Assembly (NCBI GenBank): GCA_964590575.1
Contig: CAZPWM010000043.1
Span: forward strand, 1 to 23,878
Length of the DNA stretch: 23,878 bases
From: an uncultured archaeon
GTDB lineage: Archaea > Asgardarchaeota > Thorarchaeia > Thorarchaeales > Thorarchaeaceae
Reading direction: 5' to 3'
Program-made: the position numbers and the translations under genes
Notes under the pieces: generated by a model
What the model was told of the DNA's origin: nothing
Database searches by the model: none
Seen by the model: the letters and a program-made list of their open reading frames with translations, nothing else
Shown: piece by piece, positions 16,055-23,878 of the stretch
How positions within the stretch are numbered: the stretch's first letter is position 1
Layout of the letters: the number at the start of each line of letters is the position of its first letter

Positions 16055-16105
16055 TTACTAATCCAACCACCGACCGTGTTTCTCTTGAGCACAAATATCC
16101 TTTTG

Positions 16106-16120
16106 CAATAAAAAAAAGAA
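16106..16120 (-). terminator. T-tract terminator candidate downstream of the phosphatase gene
   Basis: Minus strand reads TTCTTTTTTTATTGC ~25 nt after the stop at 16142. Confidence 0.4.
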
Positions 16121-16141
16121 TCTTGGTTTCACTACGAAGGT

Positions 16142-16843
16142 CTAATCGAGTATTAACGAGCTGGTGATGCCTGCAATATTAAGTACTATCTGCGATCCTG
16201 TATATGTAACACCAAGACCTCCGAGGTACGGTTCTCTATCGTCCGAAACTAGAGGTCTCTTGAGAAGAATCCTCTTTGCACACATCATGGCAAGATCATG
16301 GGTTACATGAACGTGCATAATATTCTCTTTCAGTGAGGTCAGTCTCTTTATTGTGTCTGCTATCAGTCTGTCTTTATAATCGTCAAAGAGCTCCATTCTC
16401 TCGCCAAATCCTCCATCCACCCATGTGTTCACAAAATCCGTGACGTTTCTACCATCTGGATGAAGGTTCCTCCAAACCGCCTCCTGTATGACTTGAGGTC
16501 CAACTAGCGAAGGAAGTGGATCTATATCGATCACTTCTCCTCCCTGTAGTGTGAATCCCTCAGCAATAGCTTCCGCAGTTTCAAAGCACCTAGGCACGAA
16601 GCTTGTATAGATATGCATTTTCCGACTCCGTGGTATTCTCTTGCCAAGTTCAAGAGACATTTTTTTTCCTAGCTCAGTGAGACCTCCACTCACCATCTCA
16701 TCATGATTTTGTATCGTGTTTCGGTGGGAATGCCTGACAAGGAATATCAGGGGGTGTTCTTGAGGTACCACAGCCATCCATTCTAGTATTTTCTTGGCAC
16801 TATAGACCCATTTCTGATTATCCCACGTTTGTTCGTCAGTCAT
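16142..16843 (-). CDS. Histidine phosphatase superfamily protein
   Basis: LVRHSHR (RHG variant), GLTELGK, TSFVPRCFETA and HVTHD. Confidence 0.88.
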   Translation of the reverse strand: MTDEQTWDNQKWVYSAKKILEWMAVVPQEHPLIFLVRHSHRNTIQNHDEMVSGGLTELGKKMSLELGKRIPRSRKMHIYTSFVPRCFETAEAIAEGFTLQGGEVIDIDPLPSLVGPQVIQEAVWRNLHPDGRNVTDFVNTWVDGGFGERMELFDDYKDRLIADTIKRLTSLKENIMHVHVTHDLAMMCAKRILLKRPLVSDDREPYLGGLGVTYTGSQIVLNIAGITSSLILD

Positions 16844-16861
16844 TGAAAGGCCTCTTTTCAG

Positions 16862-17284
16862 TCAGAGATTTTCTCGTACTCCGGCTTGTACAACTCTTTG
16901 ACAACTCGGGCAGGTGAAGTCAGTGGCCCCAATCCATTCTACTCTGTCCAACTCAAGCTTATCCGAACAATGTGGACAGTATACAGGTACAACATACACC
17001 GAACCTATTGTGGGACTTTCATAGGTGGGATAAGTAGGTTGGAGAAATTTCCTCTGGACCATTGTTTGATCGCTTGGTATACCCCCTCCAGCTCTACATG
17101 CAATCCCCACAATGATGAGAATTAGAGATATCAACCCCAAAGTCCAGGCTAGAATTGGGAATAGGATAGGCCAGACATACTCTGTTATGCCCAATGATTC
17201 GAACATGATAAAGATGAACAGGAAGGTAATCCCTAAGCTGAATATGATGGATAGAACCACCCTTTTCAAGACGAAACTACTCAC
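16862..17284 (-). CDS. Membrane protein with two TM helices and a C-terminal zinc ribbon
   Basis: Two hydrophobic helices, a Pro/Tyr linker (QPTYPTYESP) and CPHC...CPSC. TATA-like CTTTATAG ~35 nt upstream on the minus strand. Confidence 0.8.
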   Translation of the reverse strand: MSSFVLKRVVLSIIFSLGITFLFIFIMFESLGITEYVWPILFPILAWTLGLISLILIIVGIACRAGGGIPSDQTMVQRKFLQPTYPTYESPTIGSVYVVPVYCPHCSDKLELDRVEWIGATDFTCPSCQRVVQAGVRENL

Positions 17285-17361
17285 ATGGATTCACTGGTTC
17301 CCTCTCTTTCTGTAGTCCTATAAAGGTTCAGACGGCCCGAAAATGAATATCTGCGTGGAGT

Positions 17362-17523
17362 CTATTCAAGATCTTGCAACATGATTTCTTTTTCTCGGAT
17401 TTGCCGAGCTTCAAAGATTAATAGAGGCTCACCCGGACTTTGTGAGTTGACAGTGTAGCTTCTGTTAGTTTCGACTATCTCTCTCGGTCGTATGAGTCCA
17501 TTAGGATGAACTGATGATTCCAA
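17362..17523 (-). CDS. Possible small ORF (53 aa from TTG) or gene remnant
   Basis: Open frame MESSVHPNGLIRPREIVETNRSYTVNSQSPGEPLLIFEARQIREKEIMLQDLE*. The frame stays open ~22 codons further upstream with no ATG. Confidence 0.25.
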   Translation of the reverse strand: MESSVHPNGLIRPREIVETNRSYTVNSQSPGEPLLIFEARQIREKEIMLQDLE

Positions 17524-17628
17524 GAAATTCCTAGTAGAACATACAATCTCTGAGATATATCGAGGCTTGGCAGGTACCGTAAAGGTTACTTACAGTAAGG
17601 TGTGCCGTCCAATGAGAGGCTGGAGCAG

Positions 17629-19611
17629 ATGAGTGAGTTCAAACTAGAAGCCCCATTCAAACCCACTGGTGATCAACCACAGGCTATTGAGAAGTTAGTG
17701 GAGGGTCTCGAGAGTGGACTTCAGAATCAGACTCTACTGGGTGTCACAGGCTCTGGCAAAACATTCAGCATAGCTAACGTCATCGAGGCATACAACAAAC
17801 CGACCCTTGTTATCTCTCATAACAAGACGCTGGCTGCTCAACTGGCCTCTGAGTACAAACAGTTCTTTCCTGAAGCGGGAGTGGAGTACTTCGTCAGCTA
17901 CTATGATTACTATCAACCTGAAGCCTATGTTCCCAGTAAAGACATGTACATCGAGAAAGAGGCTGACATCAATAGAGAGATTGAACGACTTCGCCACTCG
18001 GCAACCCATTCTCTGAGGTCTCGAAACGATGTTGTCGTTGTGGCATCCGTGTCCTGTATATATGGCGTTGGAAACCCGAGTGAGTACGACTACTTCAGGA
18101 TGTATATTGAACGAGGGAACCAAATTGACCGCCGCGATATTCTCGAACGACTTGTAGCAATGCAGTATGAAAGAAACGACATGGACATCAAGCCTGGAGT
18201 ATTCAGGGTTCGGGGTGATGTGATCGATGTGTATCCTGCCGCCTCTGAGAATAGTTATCGAATCGAATTAGATGGTAACAAGGTGTCACGACTTACTATG
18301 CTTGAAGGTCTTACAGCACGGAAGATGTATGAACCAGACTGGATTGAGCTGTATCCAGCTAAACATCACGTTGCTCGCCATGAGACAATTCTCGAGGCAC
18401 TAGAACCTATTGAACAAGAGATGCATGAACGTGTGGAGTGGTTCAAAAAACAGGGAAAGCTCGTAGAAGCTGATAGGCTCAGGAGACGTACATTGTACGA
18501 CATCGAGATGTTGAGAGAAGTCGGTATGTGTGGGGGGATTGAGAATTACTCTCGATTCATCGATGGACGTGAAAAAGGGCAAAAACCGTACACATTGCTA
18601 GACTACTTCCCAGATGATTTTCTTATGATAATTGATGAGAGCCACATGACCATCCCTCAGATAGGTGGAATGTACAATGGGGATTTAGCACGAAAGAATA
18701 ACCTGGTTGACTTCGGTTTCAGACTGCCATCCGCTATCGACAACAGACCTCTCAAGTTTGCTGAGTTCGAGAAGTACATGAAACACGTAATCTACACAAG
18801 TGCCACACCTGGACCCTTCGAGAAGAAAGTAAGTCAGCAGGTAGTAGAGCAGCTATTGAGACCCACAGGTCTCTTGGACCCCGCTATCACAGTCAAGCCA
18901 GTTATTGGACAGGTTGACCACCTATTAGGAGAGATACAGACAACAGTTGAGAGGGGTGATAGGATCCTTGTCACGACACTCACAAAAAAGACCTCTGAGA
19001 TGCTCAGTGAATACTTGGTCGAAGCAGGGATTAAGGCACGATATCTCCACTCTGACATCGGGACTGTGGAGCGGATTGAGATTATCCGTCAGCTTCGTCT
19101 TGGCAAGTTCGACGTGCTTGTTGGCATCAATCTTCTGAGAGAAGGTTTGGATCTACCTGAGGTGGGACTTGTAGCCATCCTAGATGCTGATAAGGAAGGA
19201 TTCCTACGTACAGACTGGGCACTTATACAGACAATGGGTCGCGCAGCGCGGAATGTCAATGGACAGGTCATCCTTTATGGGGACCACACATCAAAGGCAA
19301 TGCAAACTGCTATCGATGAAACAAACCGTAGACGAGCATACCAGCTCAAGTATAACGAGGAGCATGGTATTCAACCAATATCAATCACGAAGTCAATTCA
19401 AGACATTGCACAGGGAATCAAGACATTTGAGAAGACCAGTCAAACGAAACTCGAGGACTTCGACCCGTTTGAAGTTGACGAGCTGACTGATTATATAATT
19501 GACCTCGAGGAGCAGATGAAAGAAGCTGCTAGAAAACTCGAGTTCGAGAAGGCTGCACGACTCCGGGACCAGATCACAGCACTTCGGAAAAGGATAGAGG
19601 GAATACAATAG
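17629..19611 (+). CDS. uvrB: Excinuclease ABC subunit B
   Basis: PTGDQPQAI, Walker A GVTGSGKT, beta-hairpin SYYDYYQPEAY, DESH, GINLLREGLDLPEV, QTMGRAAR and C-terminal UVR domain (LEFEKAARLRD). ATG 17629 preferred (track start is GTG 17602). Confidence 0.98.
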   Translation: MSEFKLEAPFKPTGDQPQAIEKLVEGLESGLQNQTLLGVTGSGKTFSIANVIEAYNKPTLVISHNKTLAAQLASEYKQFFPEAGVEYFVSYYDYYQPEAYVPSKDMYIEKEADINREIERLRHSATHSLRSRNDVVVVASVSCIYGVGNPSEYDYFRMYIERGNQIDRRDILERLVAMQYERNDMDIKPGVFRVRGDVIDVYPAASENSYRIELDGNKVSRLTMLEGLTARKMYEPDWIELYPAKHHVARHETILEALEPIEQEMHERVEWFKKQGKLVEADRLRRRTLYDIEMLREVGMCGGIENYSRFIDGREKGQKPYTLLDYFPDDFLMIIDESHMTIPQIGGMYNGDLARKNNLVDFGFRLPSAIDNRPLKFAEFEKYMKHVIYTSATPGPFEKKVSQQVVEQLLRPTGLLDPAITVKPVIGQVDHLLGEIQTTVERGDRILVTTLTKKTSEMLSEYLVEAGIKARYLHSDIGTVERIEIIRQLRLGKFDVLVGINLLREGLDLPEVGLVAILDADKEGFLRTDWALIQTMGRAARNVNGQVILYGDHTSKAMQTAIDETNRRRAYQLKYNEEHGIQPISITKSIQDIAQGIKTFEKTSQTKLEDFDPFEVDELTDYIIDLEEQMKEAARKLEFEKAARLRDQITALRKRIEGIQ

Positions 19612-22514
19612 TGAAGAGTGCCACCAACGATAGAGGCAAAGGCGCACCAGAAGTGCCTTTAGATGGCCCTCAGTCCATAGTAGTCGTTGGAGCAGCTGAA
19701 CACAATCTTCGCCACATCAACTGTGAGATTCCAAAGAACAGTTTCACAGTGGTCACCGGTGTCAGCGGATCTGGGAAGAGTTCGCTGGTCTTCGACACGA
19801 TTTTTGCGGAGGGGCAGAGACGGTTCATAGAGTCCCTCTCAGCCTATGCACGACAGTTTCTGGGGATGTTGGAGAAACCAAAGGTCGACTTCATGTCAGG
19901 ATTGTCCCCATCTATCTCCATCGATCAGAAAAGCGTTAGCAGAAACCCGAGAAGCACAGTTGGGACTATCACTGAGATTTACGATTATCTACGACTGCTC
20001 TATGCAAGAGTAGGAGTTCCTCATTGTCCACAGTGTGGGAAGATGATTGAACCACAGACGTCTCAACAGATGGTTGACCGTGTCCTTCAGATAAAAGAGG
20101 GCACGCAAATCATGATTCTTGCTCCCATTGTAAGGGGGCGAAAAGGTGAATATCGGAGAGAGTTCCGAGACCTCATCAAGAAAGGCTTCATTCGAGCTCG
20201 TGTAGATGGTGAATTGATAGAGATTGAAGAAGGGATGTCCCTCGACCGCTATTTCAAGCACACAATCGAAGTGGTCGTTGATAGACTGCGGGTGAAGGAC
20301 TCAGAACGTAGTCGTGTCTCTGAAGCCATAGAAACCGCTCTCAACATGGCAGAGGGTGTCGTCACCATCGAGAAGACTGGTGGCCCACTCACACTCTCTG
20401 AGCAGTTCGCATGTGTAGACTGTGGCATCAGTCTTCCAGAGATGGAACCGAGAATCTTCTCCTGGAACACACCACAGGGCGCGTGCACAAACTGCACTGG
20501 TCTTGGTGTCGTTCGCGAGTTTGATACTGACTTGTTCATCAAAGATCCCAATCTGTCACTAAACGAAGGTGCGATGATTCCTGATAACTGGGTGCTTCGA
20601 AGAGACCTCTTCAAGAAGGTGGCTGAGAAGTATGGCTTTACACTTGACATGCCTTGGAAGGATTTCACTGAGAAACAGAAGCAGATAATCTTCTATGGCA
20701 CCAAAGAAAAGTATGATGTGACATGGGAAGGCGAGAACGAAGAAAATGAAGTGAAGTATTCCGGTCATTACAAGAGAAGTTTTGAAGGATTCATACCCCG
20801 TGCACAGAGGACCTACAAGAGGACTAAGTCTGATTGGAGGCGGAGGGAGATTGAGCGTCTCATGTCTGCTCAACCGTGCCCGGTGTGCAATGGTAATCGT
20901 CTTCGACCTGAGTCTCAAGCCATCACGTTTGGAGACCGCTCCATCTCAAGCTTAGGGAGCATGTCCATCAAGGACCTTCAAGAGTTCATTGAAGGAACTA
21001 AAGTAAAGAAGCAGCTCCGCCCTGTTTCTGATCCAATAATCAAAGAGATACTCGGAAGGATAGGTTTCCTGCAGGATGTGGGATTGGAGTATCTTACGCT
21101 GGAACGACCTGCTCCGTCACTTGCAGGTGGTGAAAGCCAGCGAATTCGACTAGCTAGCCAGATTGGTTCAAACCTTGTCGGCGTCACCTATGTATGTGAT
21201 GAGCCCAGTATAGGGCTTCATGCACGCGATAACCTGCGGCTGTTGAAGTCGTTGATGAATCTGAGAGACCTTGGAAACACAATCCTAGTTGTCGAGCATG
21301 ATGAGGAGACAATCAGGAATGCTGACTATGTGATAGACCTTGGTCCTGGTGCTGGAGCTGAGGGTGGCGAAGTGGTAGTTGCTGGTACACTTGATAAGAT
21401 TCTCAAGTCGAAAAAGTCACTCACAGCAAAGTTCCTTCGGGGAGAGGATGAAATTCCGGTCCCTACTGAACGAAGAAAATCCAATGGTCGATTCATAGAG
21501 GTCCGTGGATGTCGCCATAACAACTTGAAGAACCTGAACGTTCGCATCCCTCTTGGACTGTTCGTTGCAGTGACAGGAGTAAGTGGTTCTGGAAAGTCAT
21601 CTTTTGTCGTAGAGACCCTCCAGCGAGAACTAGCACGCAAGTTCCATCGTGCTGAGGCAAAGCCTGGAGACCACGACGAGATCATAGGCGTTGACCAGCT
21701 TGACAAGGTTATAGTCATTGACCAGAGTCCAATTGGGCGAACACCCCGTTCCAACCCTGCTACGTATGTCGGGCTATGGAGTCCCCTGAGAGACCTCTTT
21801 ACGAGCCTGCCAGAGTCGAAGATACGTGGATACAAACCTGGTAGATTCAGTTTCAATGTGAAAAGTGGTCGATGCGAGACCTGTAAGGGAGCAGGAGTAG
21901 AAGTCATTGAGATGCAGTTTCTTCCACCTGTCCAAGTCACATGCAGCGAGTGCAAGGGTCGACGTTACAACAGAGAGACCCTGCAAGTGCGATTCAAGGG
22001 AAAGAACATCGCTGATATTCTTGACATGAGGATAGATGAGGCACACGAGTTCTTTGAAGGAATACCGTCTATCCACCGAAAACTAGAAACTCTCTGTGCA
22101 GTGGGGATGGGTTACGTGAAACTTGGACAGCCAGCTACGACTCTTAGCGGTGGAGAAGGACAGAGGATCAAACTGAGTAAGTTCCTCTCACGACCTGCAA
22201 CTGGACAGACCCTGATTCTGCTGGATGAGCCCACAACGGGGCTTCATTTCGCTGACATCAAGAAGCTCCTTGAGGTCCTCCATCGATTGGTCGACCTCGG
22301 TAACAGTGTCTTAGTGATTGAACATCAACTGGATGTTGTCAAGACCGCAGATTATGTGATTGATCTAGGTCCCGAAGGTGGCGATGATGGAGGCTACATT
22401 GTTGCTGAAGGTACACCCGAAGATATCGTTGCATGCGAAATATCCTACACAGGTCAATATATGAAAGAACTACTAAAGCTGTCAAAAAGCGCATCTGGAG
22501 GGAAGAAGAAGTGA
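19611..22514 (+). CDS. uvrA: Excinuclease ABC subunit A
   Basis: Two ABC ATPase modules (GVSGSGKSS twice; LAGGE and LSGGE; DEP), zinc modules, UvrB-binding and insertion domains. Confidence 0.98.
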   Translation: MKSATNDRGKGAPEVPLDGPQSIVVVGAAEHNLRHINCEIPKNSFTVVTGVSGSGKSSLVFDTIFAEGQRRFIESLSAYARQFLGMLEKPKVDFMSGLSPSISIDQKSVSRNPRSTVGTITEIYDYLRLLYARVGVPHCPQCGKMIEPQTSQQMVDRVLQIKEGTQIMILAPIVRGRKGEYRREFRDLIKKGFIRARVDGELIEIEEGMSLDRYFKHTIEVVVDRLRVKDSERSRVSEAIETALNMAEGVVTIEKTGGPLTLSEQFACVDCGISLPEMEPRIFSWNTPQGACTNCTGLGVVREFDTDLFIKDPNLSLNEGAMIPDNWVLRRDLFKKVAEKYGFTLDMPWKDFTEKQKQIIFYGTKEKYDVTWEGENEENEVKYSGHYKRSFEGFIPRAQRTYKRTKSDWRRREIERLMSAQPCPVCNGNRLRPESQAITFGDRSISSLGSMSIKDLQEFIEGTKVKKQLRPVSDPIIKEILGRIGFLQDVGLEYLTLERPAPSLAGGESQRIRLASQIGSNLVGVTYVCDEPSIGLHARDNLRLLKSLMNLRDLGNTILVVEHDEETIRNADYVIDLGPGAGAEGGEVVVAGTLDKILKSKKSLTAKFLRGEDEIPVPTERRKSNGRFIEVRGCRHNNLKNLNVRIPLGLFVAVTGVSGSGKSSFVVETLQRELARKFHRAEAKPGDHDEIIGVDQLDKVIVIDQSPIGRTPRSNPATYVGLWSPLRDLFTSLPESKIRGYKPGRFSFNVKSGRCETCKGAGVEVIEMQFLPPVQVTCSECKGRRYNRETLQVRFKGKNIADILDMRIDEAHEFFEGIPSIHRKLETLCAVGMGYVKLGQPATTLSGGEGQRIKLSKFLSRPATGQTLILLDEPTTGLHFADIKKLLEVLHRLVDLGNSVLVIEHQLDVVKTADYVIDLGPEGGDDGGYIVAEGTPEDIVACEISYTGQYMKELLKLSKSASGGKKK

Positions 22515-23878
22515 CAGGTTTCATTCAGGTGCGAAAAGCTGAGGAACACAACCTCAAGAAGATTGATGTCGACATTCCCCGAGACCGTCTAGTTGTTGTG
22601 ACAGGACCCAGTGGATCAGGGAAAAGTACACTTGTGTTTGACACGATCTTCGCTGAAGGTCAGCGTCGATATGTCGAGTCCCTGTCATCCTACGCTCGAA
22701 GGTTCCTTGGACGGCTTGATAAGCCAAAGGTGGATAAAATCACAGGTTTACCTCCTGCGATATCTATTGAACAGAGAGGACGGACTAAGAACCCTAGAAG
22801 TACTGTAGGAACGAGCACTGAAATTCATGACTACCTTAGACTACTCTATGCGAACATCGGTGTCCCACACTGTGGTGAATGCAACCAACCGATGGAACAG
22901 CTAACCGCAGAATCTGCAGCGCGTCTGCTGCTTGATGAGAACGGAGGTCAGCGTATTCACATTCTTGCCCCTGTTGTGAGAGGTGAGATCGGTAATCATC
23001 AAGAGGAACTGGATAGTCTCTTCAAGAATGGTTTTGCTCGTGTTCGAGCCGATGGGGAGATCCATGAAATCGAGGATGTCGAGCTAGATGCACGCAAGAA
23101 GCACGACATTGAAGTTGTCGTCGATAGGCTTGAGTTGAGTCAGAAACATCGGGAGCGATTGATTGGTTCCCTTGAGACTGCTCTTGAGACTGGTGAGGGA
23201 GCAGCTATTGTTGCTCGAGAAGGACAAGCGGACCTTGTATTTGCTGAACAGCTCATGTGTCCCAAGTGTGGAATTCAGTATGACAAATTAGGTCCGAAAG
23301 CATTTTCATATAACAGACCTGACGGTGCCTGTCCAACTTGCAATGGTCTTGGTGTCACAATGTCGATTGACCCCGACCTCATTGTAAATGATAAGAACAT
23401 GACTGTGCGAGATATAAGTCGCAGGATAAATGGCAAGGAACGTCCGTGGTTCGTAAAACGAGTTCAGACTCTTGGAGAAGAGAAGGGCTTCACACTCGAA
23501 ACTCAGTACAAGAACTTCACAAAAGCTCAGGTTGACGTCTTCATGTGGGGGAAGCCGAATGTCATGCTTTCCTATGTGATGGAGGGTCAGGAGTCATACT
23601 GGGAAGTTGAACGGAAGTGGATTGGTCTTGTTCCTTGGCTTGAACGACTCTTTGAGAACAGCAAGAGTAGCGATAAAAGTTGGTATCAATGGTGGGCTCG
23701 TAGGATTGCAAACGAATTCTCTCGAAAAACACCCTGTGAGTCCTGTGGTGGAAGAAAACTGAAACCCGAGAGCCTCGCAGTGACAGTTAGTGACAAGCCC
23801 ATCGATGAGTTGACAGCGATGACCATCGAGGAAGCAGTACAGTTTTTCGAGAATATTGCGTTGACAGAACGCGAGCAG
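22511..23878 (+). CDS. uvrA: Second excinuclease ABC subunit A paralog, 3'-truncated by the window
   Basis: Not in the ORF track because it has no stop. GTG at 22511 overlaps the uvrA stop (GTGA); open for 456 codons: MTGFIQVRKAEEHNLKKIDVDIPRDRLVVVTGPSGSGKSTLVFDTIFAEGQRRYVESLSSYAR...NPRSTVGT...CGEC...CPKC...CPTCNGLG...CESCGG. Confidence 0.95.
   Translation, partial: MTGFIQVRKAEEHNLKKIDVDIPRDRLVVVTGPSGSGKSTLVFDTIFAEGQRRYVESLSSYARRFLGRLDKPKVDKITGLPPAISIEQRGRTKNPRSTVGTSTEIHDYLRLLYANIGVPHCGECNQPMEQLTAESAARLLLDENGGQRIHILAPVVRGEIGNHQEELDSLFKNGFARVRADGEIHEIEDVELDARKKHDIEVVVDRLELSQKHRERLIGSLETALETGEGAAIVAREGQADLVFAEQLMCPKCGIQYDKLGPKAFSYNRPDGACPTCNGLGVTMSIDPDLIVNDKNMTVRDISRRINGKERPWFVKRVQTLGEEKGFTLETQYKNFTKAQVDVFMWGKPNVMLSYVMEGQESYWEVERKWIGLVPWLERLFENSKSSDKSWYQWWARRIANEFSRKTPCESCGGRKLKPESLAVTVSDKPIDELTAMTIEEAVQFFENIALTEREQ

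Noticed and set aside
21326-22808. Alternative-frame ORFs within uvrA and uvrA2 (209 aa, 100 aa, 65 aa)
   Set aside because: Shadows of highly conserved genes.
22511-23878. uvrA2 as an assembly duplication, or a frameshifted fusion with uvrA
   Set aside because: The sequence is strongly diverged from uvrA1. uvrA1 is complete, with a natural-looking C-terminal tail and a standard GTGA coupling.
1-23878. CRISPR arrays, tRNA/rRNA genes, IS elements, integrases, inteins
   Set aside because: By eye I found no regularly spaced repeats, cloverleafs, transposase or integrase motifs, or intein-sized insertions.

Overview
Archaeal-looking chromosomal segment: TATA-like boxes, probable leaderless genes, GGAGGTG/GGTGA ribosome-binding sites and a RadA-family paralog. 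Gene content (tandem arrestin-fold proteins, giant FtsX-like permeases, zinc-ribbon proteins) suggests an Asgard archaeon such as Thorarchaeia; this is inference. Left to right: 3' end of a histidine phosphatase; a DUF6935-like protein; a peroxiredoxin; a compact unit with two unannotated Tyr-rich peptide ORFs; a hypothetical protein; a class I/II aminotransferase; a third related peptide coupled to a TPR gene; two ~930-aa ABC permeases; a fucose-isomerase-family protein; a hypothetical protein; a catalytically dead RadA paralog; a minus-strand run of 2-TM zinc-ribbon protein, histidine phosphatase, two arrestin-fold paralogs and a coiled-coil/zinc-ribbon protein; then uvrB-uvrA-uvrA2, with uvrA2 cut by the window end. 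Best novelty candidates: (1) three small peptides sharing a C-terminal LxxhY[Y/L][D/Y] motif in hairpin-led units; (2) the arrestin pair with a PPPY motif and acidic-aromatic tails; (3) the dead RadA with an FxTA motif and a PIP-like tail; (4) two coupled class I-like UvrA paralogs. No rRNA, tRNA, CRISPR array or transposase was recognised.
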